Origin: a virus
Direction: 5' to 3' (one strand)
Length of the DNA: 32,000 nt
Virus record (IMG/VR): IMGVR_UViG_3300022562_001814
Location: 168,738-200,737 of that record
Part shown: piece after piece, positions 8,570 through 15,925 of the stretch
How positions within the stretch are numbered: position 1 is the first letter of the stretch
How the letters are laid out: each line of letters opens with the position of its first letter
Made by a program: the position numbers and the translations under genes
Notes under the pieces: generated by a model
What the model was told of the DNA's origin: nothing
The model's input: the letters and a program-made list of their open reading frames with translations, nothing else
Database searches by the model: none

Positions 8570-9606
8570 AATAATTTCTCAACATAGTTAAAAGCTTTAT
8601 TCATATCATCCACTGAATGATCAAAAAATACAGACTCATCTAATTTGCCATCTTTAAAAATTACTAATTTAATAGGACCTTTATCAATACCGAATTCTAA
8701 ATCAACAGTTAATTTTTTGAATAATTTATTCGCTTGAATAATTCTTCGGCACATCCTTCTTTCTTTAATAGAAATATCCTCGCACCAACCTTCATACGTA
8801 TACCCAATAGAATTATAATTTGAAGCAGTGTTAAATTTTTTATCTTTTAAATTATTTAACATAGTCAAATATAACGGATCGGTTGTAATGAAATTTTCAT
8901 ACCACTCTTCATATTTTTTATCAGCTTCTTCTCTGGCGCGCCTTCCTTCTTTCTCTTTTTCCGAGACCCATTCTTCCAATAAAACTAATTTATTATCTTG
9001 TCGTTGAAATGTTTTCTTTGCCGCAATAGAACCATTATATTCGTCTGATTCTTCATTAAATTCTGATTGAAAACATTCTATTTTATCGTTAGAAATTATT
9101 GGCCAACGAGAATCCTCATCTACGCATTTATCAAGCATTAATTCTAAAAATCCTTGTTTCGGATTAGAAAAATCAAAGAATTTAAATTCATAAGGGCATG
9201 CCCAGTAACATCCATTAACAATTAGAATTTGCGAAGTTTCATCATACCTATATTCTGACCAGCAAAATCCGTGACCTTTGGAAGCTCCTTCAGACATAGA
9301 TCCAATAATTTGACCAGATTTTAAATCAACAATTGTTTGTCCTTGATAATTTTCTCCACAGATTAAAAAATCCCCTTGCGGATGGTTCTCAACGAATAAA
9401 TAAGGAAAAACACCATAATTGCGCTGAATTATAGCAATAGGATTATCACTGTTTATGTTATAAACTATTCCTTGTGAGTAATTCCAACTTTTAGGTCCGG
9501 TATTAAATCTGGTAGTTATTAACTTATATTTACCGGAAGGACTTAAATATTCTTTTTCTGAATCTGCGATTTTATTTTCTGGTTTAAAGTAATCTGATTT
9601 ATTCAT
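8566..9606 (-). CDS. hypothetical protein
   Basis: 346-aa ORF with no motif I recognise. Central charged coiled segment EKEKEGRRAREEADKKYEEW. Confidence 0.75.
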   Translation of the reverse strand: MNKSDYFKPENKIADSEKEYLSPSGKYKLITTRFNTGPKSWNYSQGIVYNINSDNPIAIIQRNYGVFPYLFVENHPQGDFLICGENYQGQTIVDLKSGQIIGSMSEGASKGHGFCWSEYRYDETSQILIVNGCYWACPYEFKFFDFSNPKQGFLELMLDKCVDEDSRWPIISNDKIECFQSEFNEESDEYNGSIAAKKTFQRQDNKLVLLEEWVSEKEKEGRRAREEADKKYEEWYENFITTDPLYLTMLNNLKDKKFNTASNYNSIGYTYEGWCEDISIKERRMCRRIIQANKLFKKLTVDLEFGIDKGPIKLVIFKDGKLDESVFFDHSVDDMNKAFNYVEKLL

Positions 9607-9614
9607 TTTAAATC

Positions 9615-10148
9615 CTATAATTGACTCACTAATTGTTTTAATGATACTTCATCAGTTTTACATTCAATAAAGTTAATGTTCATGTCATGTAGATATTGAT
9701 GTATTTCTGAATCTATATTTTTAGCTTCTTCAGCGGATTGATAACGTCCTGCTGGATTATATGTTTTAGTTCTTGTTAACATTATATGCTTATGCCGGTG
9801 ACCGTCTTTGTTTGCTTGATTATAAAAAGCTAAAGTGGCAGCATTAATTCCAGCAGCAATCGTATCAGGGCAATATTTTTTGGCATAAAATCCACCCAAT
9901 AAAACAGGAGAGTCAGTGATTATATAATCTACTTTTCCGTATAACATACTTTCATATCTTGCTTGTTTTCCAAGAAAATATAATTGATCATAAGTGTTAA
10001 TTTTTCGATCTTCCCATGCCCAATTTTTAACATATTCACGTACCAATTCAGTATTTCTATCTGAAGATTTTAGTAAATAATAAAGATAAGCCGCGCTTGT
10101 ACTTTTTCCAGTTCCGGGTCCACCATACAAATTTATTATTGTTGTCAT
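9615..10148 (-). CDS. P-loop kinase, NadR/AAA_28-like (nucleoside or nucleotide kinase family)
   Basis: Walker A in LYGGPGTGKST. VREYVKNWAWEDRKINTYDQLYFLGKQARYE and ITDSPVLL resemble ribosylnicotinamide-kinase-type AAA_28 proteins. SD GAGGTAAAATTAC precedes the ATG. Confidence 0.7.
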   Translation of the reverse strand: MTTIINLYGGPGTGKSTSAAYLYYLLKSSDRNTELVREYVKNWAWEDRKINTYDQLYFLGKQARYESMLYGKVDYIITDSPVLLGGFYAKKYCPDTIAAGINAATLAFYNQANKDGHRHKHIMLTRTKTYNPAGRYQSAEEAKNIDSEIHQYLHDMNINFIECKTDEVSLKQLVSQL

Positions 10149-10326
10149 GTAATTTTACCTCACAGGTATAATGTCTTAATGTAGCATGAGTCCATCTAAT
10201 AGAAGATAATTCTGCTTCAGAAACTGGTTTATTGCATATAAGGCAATTAAAAATTGTTAACCTACTACCTGGTAGATTATTTTTTTCAGATTTTAAAATT
10301 TCAAATTCATCAACATCATATTCCAT
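10057..10326 (-). CDS. hypothetical protein (3' end uncertain)
   Basis: 89-aa ORF containing CLIC. Its last 92 nt overlap the kinase gene, unusually long for this window, so the true C-terminus may differ. Confidence 0.45.
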   Translation of the reverse strand: MEYDVDEFEILKSEKNNLPGSRLTIFNCLICNKPVSEAELSSIRWTHATLRHYTCEVKLHDNNNKFVWWTRNWKKYKRGLSLLFTKIFR

Positions 10327-10412
10327 TATTTACCATGAATTGAATTCTTTCCCATTCTTTTTTCATAGCATTACGAAAAGCATCTGCACCATCGTCATAT
10401 CCACGATAGTAT

Positions 10413-10697
10413 TCATCCATAAAAGTTGGCTCCGGTGGTCCTGGATAACATATTCGAAGATGGTCGCGTACGTTGAGGAAATTGATTTGATCTTATCTCT
10501 TTTCTAAAACATATATTCAGTGCATACATTTCTATATCAGAAAATAAAATTCTTGCCCACCATTTAAACGGTATGTTTTTATATTTATAAGATGAATGGA
10601 ATTGAATTATTTTTTTAAATATATGATGAATTAGTGATATGATTACTGAAACTAATACCGCAATTATACCAGAGTTGATAAAAAATGTTGTATCCAT
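10413..10697 (-). CDS. small membrane protein (3' end uncertain)
   Basis: N-terminal TM helix FFINSGIIAVLVSVIISLI. The C-terminal 30 aa look non-protein-like, while the +1 frame stays open to 10316. Confidence 0.5.
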   Translation of the reverse strand: MDTTFFINSGIIAVLVSVIISLIHHIFKKIIQFHSSYKYKNIPFKWWARILFSDIEMYALNICFRKEIRSNQFPQRTRPSSNMLSRTTGANFYG

Positions 10698-10758
10698 TAA
10701 TAATTTAACCTATACAACGATAATTGATTTGCATTAAAATTTATAAGCAAATTAAAAT

Positions 10759-11685
10759 TTAAACGGCTATCGGAACTTTTATAACCGCGCCAGGGTTATA
10801 ATCCTCTACAACAAAATTGTCAAGCGTATAACTAAAAATATCTTTTGCAGGTTTTAATACCAAACGTGGTGATGGCATTTCCGGTCTTGCCAAGTAGGCA
10901 CGCGCCCCTTCGAGCTGATTAACATAGACGTGGGCGTCCGCCACATTATGAATTAATTCATATGGTTTGTATTCTAATTGTTGACCTATCATATACAAGA
11001 AAGCAGAATAAAAAATTTGGTTCGCGCTAATTCCTGGTAACCAGTCTCCGGAACGCTGTGTTAGTATTCCCGTTAAACGGTCTTTATTATCTACTAATGC
11101 TTGAAAGCTATAATGACAACAAGGTAATTTTACTTTATCTGTTGTCATTACTCTTGGGTCCCATAAATTAATCAATGCTCGTCGAGAATATTTATTTCTT
11201 TTTAACTCATCTATTAAATATTGAACTTGGTTAAAACCATCATTACCATTGTAAGTTCCACCAAAATTGACAAAACTATGCCCATAAATTGGACCTAACG
11301 AACCTGACTCGTAGTTATTTCTTTTTTCAAATTCCGGATCTTGCCAAAAATCCCATATTTTAGAATTATATTTTTCACGCAATACATTAACGTTAGTAGA
11401 TCCGGATAGCATCCAGAGCAATTCCCCAAATATTGAATTATAAAACGCTTTTCGCTTTGTTGGTATTGGAAAAAAATTATCAATAATAGTTCTTATTTGA
11501 AGACCATAAAGTGATAAGGTGTCAATTCCCGTGCGATTTGGTTTTTGTATTCCGTTAGTTATTATATTTTCGAGATTTTTATCATAGTCTTTTAGAATAT
11601 ATGTTTCTTGATTACAGGCTTTTTCTTTTATATTGCTTATAATCCCTGGCAATTCAGTTCCGTTCATTCCTGGTATATTGGGCAT
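10759..11685 (-). CDS. thyA: thymidylate synthase (ThyA family)
   Basis: NRTGIDTLSLYG, FGELLWMLSGSTN, KIWDFW, SLGPIYG, SRRALINLWDP, catalytic KLPCCHYSFQ, QRSGD, ANQIFY (Asn retained), DAHVYVNQ, and the C-terminal VPIAV typical of ThyA. Confidence 0.85.
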   Translation of the reverse strand: MPNIPGMNGTELPGIISNIKEKACNQETYILKDYDKNLENIITNGIQKPNRTGIDTLSLYGLQIRTIIDNFFPIPTKRKAFYNSIFGELLWMLSGSTNVNVLREKYNSKIWDFWQDPEFEKRNNYESGSLGPIYGHSFVNFGGTYNGNDGFNQVQYLIDELKRNKYSRRALINLWDPRVMTTDKVKLPCCHYSFQALVDNKDRLTGILTQRSGDWLPGISANQIFYSAFLYMIGQQLEYKPYELIHNVADAHVYVNQLEGARAYLARPEMPSPRLVLKPAKDIFSYTLDNFVVEDYNPGAVIKVPIAV

Positions 11686-11871
11686 CTATTCCCCTTTCCA
11701 TTTACATATATCTAACCAATCTTGTTTTGACATAAACATCACCAAATGTCCAGCTTTGTTATACATAAATATCATACCATCTTGTTCCTTATAACTATAA
11801 CAATCATTCGGATATTTATATTCTTCTACAAGTTCAAATACTTCTTGAAGCTGTTCTTTAATTTTGTTCAT
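11686..11871 (-). CDS. hypothetical protein
   Basis: 61-aa ORF that abuts the thyA start. Confidence 0.6.
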   Translation of the reverse strand: MNKIKEQLQEVFELVEEYKYPNDCYSYKEQDGMIFMYNKAGHLVMFMSKQDWLDICKWKGE

Positions 11872-12009
11872 TTAAATCCTTTCGGAGACATACTTATAGA
11901 GCATCGGTATGTCAGCGATGTTGGGATTAACATATATTGGTCTACCACTCATCGTTACCGATTTGTCTCTCTGACCGAGCGCACCACATATATGCTTGTT
12001 CTCTATACC
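11872..12009 (-). other. GC-enriched, potentially structured intergenic element
   Basis: Nested inverted repeats: 11895-11904 pairs with 11992-12007, and 11905-11915 pairs with 11971-11977. Perfect hairpin ATCG-GTAA-CGAT (GNRA loop on the minus strand) at 11951-11962. Visibly higher GC than the surroundings. Confidence 0.35.
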
Positions 12010-12423
12010 TCAACATTTGCAAATCTTCCATTTATCTCCAGCAATAATTCTTGAAATATTACTTTGATTAATGTTATTTAATTTAGCGAGTTCGCACTGG
12101 TTCTTTTCTCCAGCAAAATAAGCTCGTCTTATTTCTTTTGCTTTGGTAACATTTAATTTTGTATTGTGTAATGTTTCTCTCTTACAACGAAGTGTTTTTG
12201 CACTTCCTGGTTCATATGGAGAAGGTTTATAATTCGGAGAATATTTTTGTTTTTTAACCGCTCTTCGTTCTTCAACAGGGGTAAACAATCCATTAATAAT
12301 TCTACTTATAGAACCTTGATTACATTTAAAGACTTCGGCAATATCATATTGATCATAGCCTTCTTCCCAATATAATCTATTAACTTCTTTAAAAACTTTT
12401 TTTGTGAATCTATCTTTTTTCAT
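12010..12423 (-). CDS. DNA-binding protein with two tandem helix-turn-helix repeats
   Basis: Start taken at the ATG at 12423, which forms an ATGA overlap with the upstream stop. The repeats DIAEVFKCNQGSISRIINGLF and ELAKLNNINQSNISRIIAGDKW resemble the HTH modules in the two GIY-YIG proteins of this window. Confidence 0.65.
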   Translation of the reverse strand: MKKDRFTKKVFKEVNRLYWEEGYDQYDIAEVFKCNQGSISRIINGLFTPVEERRAVKKQKYSPNYKPSPYEPGSAKTLRCKRETLHNTKLNVTKAKEIRRAYFAGEKNQCELAKLNNINQSNISRIIAGDKWKICKC

Positions 12424-12623
12424 TTTATTGTTTCCAAATATCGTTCTAATATTTCGCATTCATAAGTATAAAAATAATCAGTATCTACTGGATACAAGTT
12501 TACATGACAAATCGGTTCTCGATTTTTAAAGTTAGTATATGATACGCGTCCGGTTGCGCCTTTCATATCTCCATCTATAACGTGCACCTTATCATTTGGT
12601 TTAAATTTTTGAATTAATTTCAT
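12420..12623 (-). CDS. small KOW/SH3-like protein
   Basis: KPNDKVHVIDGDMKGATGRV resembles the KOW motif. Confidence 0.55.
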   Translation of the reverse strand: MKLIQKFKPNDKVHVIDGDMKGATGRVSYTNFKNREPICHVNLYPVDTDYFYTYECEILERYLETIK

Positions 12624-12918
12624 TATTTAATTCTATTTTCTTTTGCATTAATGATGTTTCAAAATCAATACCTAATTGATATTTGTGTCTTTTTTCTACA
12701 AAAAATTTAACTGCTTCTTTGATACAATCCGGTGAAAAATTTTTATGAGATTTGATCTCTGTTCCGTCAGCATAATCTATCCAGGCAACTTCATATCCGT
12801 CACAATGTGAACGAATGGTTAATAAATCTCCAAATAAACCAATATTAAACCCAGCTGGGTGAGTAATTATTTTGGTAATTATTTCAATTTCGTTTTCTTT
12901 ATTATCTGGTATATTCAT
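12601..12918 (-). CDS. hypothetical protein
   Basis: 105-aa ORF with ATGA overlap at 12915-12918. Confidence 0.65.
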   Translation of the reverse strand: MNIPDNKENEIEIITKIITHPAGFNIGLFGDLLTIRSHCDGYEVAWIDYADGTEIKSHKNFSPDCIKEAVKFFVEKRHKYQLGIDFETSLMQKKIELNNEINSKI

Positions 12919-13190
12919 ACTATCAGTTCATAAGTTATTTGTACTGGAATAATTTCTATTTGATTGGGTGTTTGTGGGTAATAATGATCATTTCTAGCTT
13001 TAGTGGAATTTAAATCTTTTATCAAACACTTTGCCCAATATTTATCTGTGATTTTGGCTTTTCTAATATCTTTCACGAAACAATGTTCGAGAACCTCTCC
13101 GCATTTTCCATAACCCTTGTGCCTGGAACATTCATAAAATAATTTATGTTCTTTGTCATACAAACAGTATTTTTTATTACTTTTTTTCAT
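12915..13190 (-). CDS. hypothetical protein
   Basis: 91-aa ORF with ATGA overlaps on both sides. Confidence 0.65.
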   Translation of the reverse strand: MKKSNKKYCLYDKEHKLFYECSRHKGYGKCGEVLEHCFVKDIRKAKITDKYWAKCLIKDLNSTKARNDHYYPQTPNQIEIIPVQITYELIV

Positions 13191-13477
13191 TTTTTTAATC
13201 GTCTAATTTCTTCTTCACCCATACTTAATGAATCTGTTAAGTTTTGACACTCTTCGCAATAGGGTTTATTTCTATTTGGGTCTTGGCTATTTAAATTAAC
13301 TGGATGTGTAAATATCATATCCATTAATCTAATACCACATCTGAAGGTAGGTAAATTTTTCTCGTAGGAGTGAGGTCCACCATGACCAAATTCATATTTA
13401 CAACGAACTTGTTTATCAGATGAGGCGTGCATATATATAACGCCACATAATCCATCAAAATCAATTGTTTCGTTCAT
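13187..13477 (-). CDS. hypothetical Cys/His-rich protein
   Basis: 96-aa ORF. SD AAGGGTATAA precedes the ATG. Confidence 0.65.
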   Translation of the reverse strand: MNETIDFDGLCGVIYMHASSDKQVRCKYEFGHGGPHSYEKNLPTFRCGIRLMDMIFTHPVNLNSQDPNRNKPYCEECQNLTDSLSMGEEEIRRLKK

Positions 13478-13501
13478 TTATACCCTTGTGTATATTAAAT
13501 A

Positions 13502-13753
13502 TTATTCTATTTTCATTTTTATAGATAATTCTTTGCGTACATATTGTTTACCGGCATCAGTTAAACGGTAGCAACGTTCATTCGGATCGTTTGTAGAGTT
13601 TTCTGGATAATGATAAAGTAATCCCTTATCTAAAAATGATTCTGCCGATTTGATATCTAAATCATTATGAATACTAATTACACCGTCACACTGATATGCA
13701 GATGACATTAATGCATTTAAGGTTGCTATTGATTTAATTATTGTTGTATCCAT
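13502..13753 (-). CDS. hypothetical protein, possible winged-helix
   Basis: 83-aa ORF. RCYRLTDAGKQYVRKEL resembles a wing/recognition segment, which is weak evidence. Confidence 0.5.
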   Translation of the reverse strand: MDTTIIKSIATLNALMSSAYQCDGVISIHNDLDIKSAESFLDKGLLYHYPENSTNDPNERCYRLTDAGKQYVRKELSIKMKIE

Positions 13754-14116
13754 TTATATTCCTTTATTAATAATGTGATCAATGAATTCTTGATCGGGTT
13801 TTACATTATGCTCTTCTATATAGTGAGCAAAACCTTCCGGAAATACATATACACCGTCAGTAAGACAAGTCGAGCCATTTTCTTGTTCGCAAAATCTGCA
13901 AGATGACCAACCCATCCAACCTTCATAAAATTTTGCCGTTTTCAAATATTTAATTACTAGTTGCCGTTCTGTTTCGTCCCAGGTTTTATCAACAAAATTT
14001 TGTGGCATAGGAAAATCCGGATCCCACTTACTATACCAATAACCAATCATTTTTAGATCTTTATAGTATCCAATATAAGCCGGATGATTTAAAAATATCA
14101 TTTGTGTTCTAGACAT
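13754..14116 (-). CDS. hypothetical protein
   Basis: Start moved to the ATG at 14116, after AAGGGATAAT and just past the upstream stop. Contains SSCRFCEQENGSTCLTDGVYVFPEGFAHYIEEH. Confidence 0.65.
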   Translation of the reverse strand: MSRTQMIFLNHPAYIGYYKDLKMIGYWYSKWDPDFPMPQNFVDKTWDETERQLVIKYLKTAKFYEGWMGWSSCRFCEQENGSTCLTDGVYVFPEGFAHYIEEHNVKPDQEFIDHIINKGI

Positions 14117-14117
14117 A

Positions 14118-14423
14118 TTATCCCTTGTATATGTTCTTAAATTGATTTGCATTATCAGCTACGGCTTGCCACCAAACATTTAAATACCCTTCCCATTTTA
14201 ATTCTTTCATCTGCCAACTAGCCATATAATTTTCCCGCCTTAATGCTGATACTCTAATTATTGGTGCGATAATATTTGCAAAATAGTTATCTTTTCCTAT
14301 ATTTTCATATCTTATAACATTAATATTTATTGGCGTGGCTTCAAAACTAGGAATATATTTATACGTAAATTGTTCATTATACAAATGGGCTAATATTTTT
14401 AAATTATCTGTATCTGTATTCAT
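14118..14423 (-). CDS. hypothetical protein
   Basis: 101-aa ORF with ATGA overlap at 14420-14423. Confidence 0.65.
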   Translation of the reverse strand: MNTDTDNLKILAHLYNEQFTYKYIPSFEATPININVIRYENIGKDNYFANIIAPIIRVSALRRENYMASWQMKELKWEGYLNVWWQAVADNANQFKNIYKG

Positions 14424-14938
14424 TTTTTAAATATTCCAACAGCCTTTTGTTCTTCTATGGTTAGCTTGGTTCTTGCTGATTCAATAAGTTTTTCTTTTTT
14501 TACTTTATTAGCTTTTCGTTTTGTGGCAGCTAATTGCTTTTTGTTTTCTTGCTCAATTCTAAAAAGTTTAACCCCAGATAACAATTCATTTTCAAATTTT
14601 TCGTGCAACCATCGTGTTGGAATATCTTCTAATAAATTCCAAGTTTCACCATTTATGATTGCTTTAAAGTTATCATAATCGGATGCCGTACAGTCATATT
14701 CTAGACAACTAACACTAATATAATCTTTGTGAATTATAGAAAATATATCACCTGACTCACCCTCATTCGCTCCGGAAACCCACCAATTATCTAATCGTGA
14801 ATTTCCAGCTTCAAACACACATTTTAAAATGTAATCTACACGTTCTTCAATTGCTTGTTCATATGTTTGATTTTTATATCTTACCGTAATGAATTGATCA
14901 AAATTAAATTTAGATATTGGTTTTTGAGTCTCCATCAT
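14420..14938 (-). CDS. hypothetical protein
   Basis: Start moved to the ATGATG at 14938, after GAGGCA and just past the upstream TGA at 14943-14945. Lys-rich C-terminal tail. Confidence 0.65.
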   Translation of the reverse strand: MMETQKPISKFNFDQFITVRYKNQTYEQAIEERVDYILKCVFEAGNSRLDNWWVSGANEGESGDIFSIIHKDYISVSCLEYDCTASDYDNFKAIINGETWNLLEDIPTRWLHEKFENELLSGVKLFRIEQENKKQLAATKRKANKVKKEKLIESARTKLTIEEQKAVGIFKK

Positions 14939-14942
14939 TGCC

Positions 14943-15398
14943 TCATGAAATTTGTGGATCGCAATAGCGTATACCAAATGGTTCATTTGTTCTTAATTCA
15001 TTGGAATGTCCTTGCGTATGCCAATCAAATACTAATTGACAATACGAAGGATCGGTATGGAGAACACTATCGTGTAAAATCACTTTAGTATGAATTTTAT
15101 AAGCATCTTTTGCGAAATGCACAAAATTATTAAGTTCATTAAATATAGCTACAAGTAAAGCCCTAGGGTGATTTATATCTGCTACTTTAACATCTAAATA
15201 TTGTTGAAAATTATTTTCATCTAATATTAATTTGGTTTGAAAAACTCCACGATGTGAGGCATCAACACATAAACTTCTCATACGTTGAAGTAATTTGTGA
15301 TATTTGTTTTCATTTGTTCTACGATTAAGAGTTGTAAAAAATTCTGACATTGATGTTGTTTCCATTTGTTGTTCCTTTCTAATTATTTCCATTTCCAT
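14943..15398 (-). CDS. hypothetical protein
   Basis: 151-aa ORF. An alternative start at 15365 (AAAGGAACAACAA then ATG) would remove the overlap with the methyltransferase gene. Confidence 0.6.
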   Translation of the reverse strand: MEMEIIRKEQQMETTSMSEFFTTLNRRTNENKYHKLLQRMRSLCVDASHRGVFQTKLILDENNFQQYLDVKVADINHPRALLVAIFNELNNFVHFAKDAYKIHTKVILHDSVLHTDPSYCQLVFDWHTQGHSNELRTNEPFGIRYCDPQIS

Positions 15399-15919
15399 AC
15401 GTCAAAACCTTTAAGTCCCATACCATAACAAGATAGCATAAGATCCTTAGGGAAACTTGATGTTTCTCCCTCAAAAACTAATCTCGGGGATAACGCAAGA
15501 ACCATTGCTTTTTGATGTACATAATCATAAAACCAATTGGTACCTACGCTGGCCGGAGTCAAAAATAAAATTAATCCCTGTCTTTTTTGACTTTCTTCAT
15601 AGCACTTTTTTGCCCAGACTCCAATACCACCAAACGGTGGGTTCAACCATAAGTTATTCTCCGGGTAAAGCTCAGCCCAATTTTGATTTAACGAATTATC
15701 TTTTTCATCAAAGAATTTTTCACATTTGGTATTTTCTTTGCTGGCAGCAAGATCACAAATTAATTTACCAAACCTATTTTCTACAGCTTGAATAAATTCT
15801 CGTGGAGTTCCGTAATTTTGTTTTGACGAACCGGGTTTTTGTATAGGCATTGTGCGTGGAAAAAATTCTTCTTCATTCATTGCATAACATCTTTCTGATT
15901 CAATATTTAAATTAGTCAT
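15383..15919 (-). CDS. phage Dam-family DNA N6-adenine methyltransferase
   Basis: YGTPREFIQAVENRFG, CDLAAS, catalytic NPPFGG, and TPASVGTNWF match the small phage N-6-adenine-methyltransferase family. Confidence 0.8.
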   Translation of the reverse strand: MTNLNIESERCYAMNEEEFFPRTMPIQKPGSSKQNYGTPREFIQAVENRFGKLICDLAASKENTKCEKFFDEKDNSLNQNWAELYPENNLWLNPPFGGIGVWAKKCYEESQKRQGLILFLTPASVGTNWFYDYVHQKAMVLALSPRLVFEGETSSFPKDLMLSCYGMGLKGFDVWKWK

Positions 15920-15925
15920 ATAAAT

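Noticed and set aside
8935-8942. Two GGCGCGCC (AscI) octamers, at 8935-8942 and 23298-23305, in an AT-rich sequence where such an all-GC palindrome should be very rare.
   Set aside because: Both lie inside ORFs, where they encode ordinary residues (R-R-A-R and G-A-P). They share no flanking similarity, and the observation is post hoc among many possible 8-mers. With only two sites I cannot support a functional motif. A genome-wide count would be needed.
10735-10760. Short direct repeat ATTAAAATTT x2 downstream of thyA, as a possible regulatory repeat or terminator.
   Set aside because: It is a 10-nt pure A/T repeat in a 30% GC genome with no stem-loop, which is well within chance expectation.
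11872-12009. tRNA gene or 3' half of a group I intron associated with the HTH (endonuclease-like) ORF near thyA.
   Set aside because: I could not draw a cloverleaf, and there is no T-loop GTTCRAATC or matching acceptor stem. For an intron there is no space for the 5' structural half, because the HTH ORF start overlaps the upstream stop as ATGA. thyA itself is an intact 308-aa ORF, and the flanking small ORFs do not look like two halves of one gene.
12007-12012. Possible alternative genetic code (TGA read as sense), because the frame of the HTH gene stays open for 46 codons after its TGA and the genome is AT-rich with many short ORFs.
   Set aside because: TGA serves as the stop in more than ten ATGA or TGATG stop-start overlaps with good downstream SD/ATG contexts, for example at 5309, 6643, 8092, 8566, 12915, 13187, 14420 and 16426. 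TAA and TAG are also used at clean gene ends. Long conserved enzymes (ThyA, GuaC-like, dUTPase) are uninterrupted under the standard code.
14943-15398. Possible 2H phosphoesterase (anti-cyclic-nucleotide, Acb1-like), because of IHTKV, LHTDP and WHTQG motifs.
   Set aside because: The H-x-T motifs are only 9-20 residues apart rather than in two separate lobes about 80 residues apart. The flanking hydrophobic pattern of 2H enzymes is missing.
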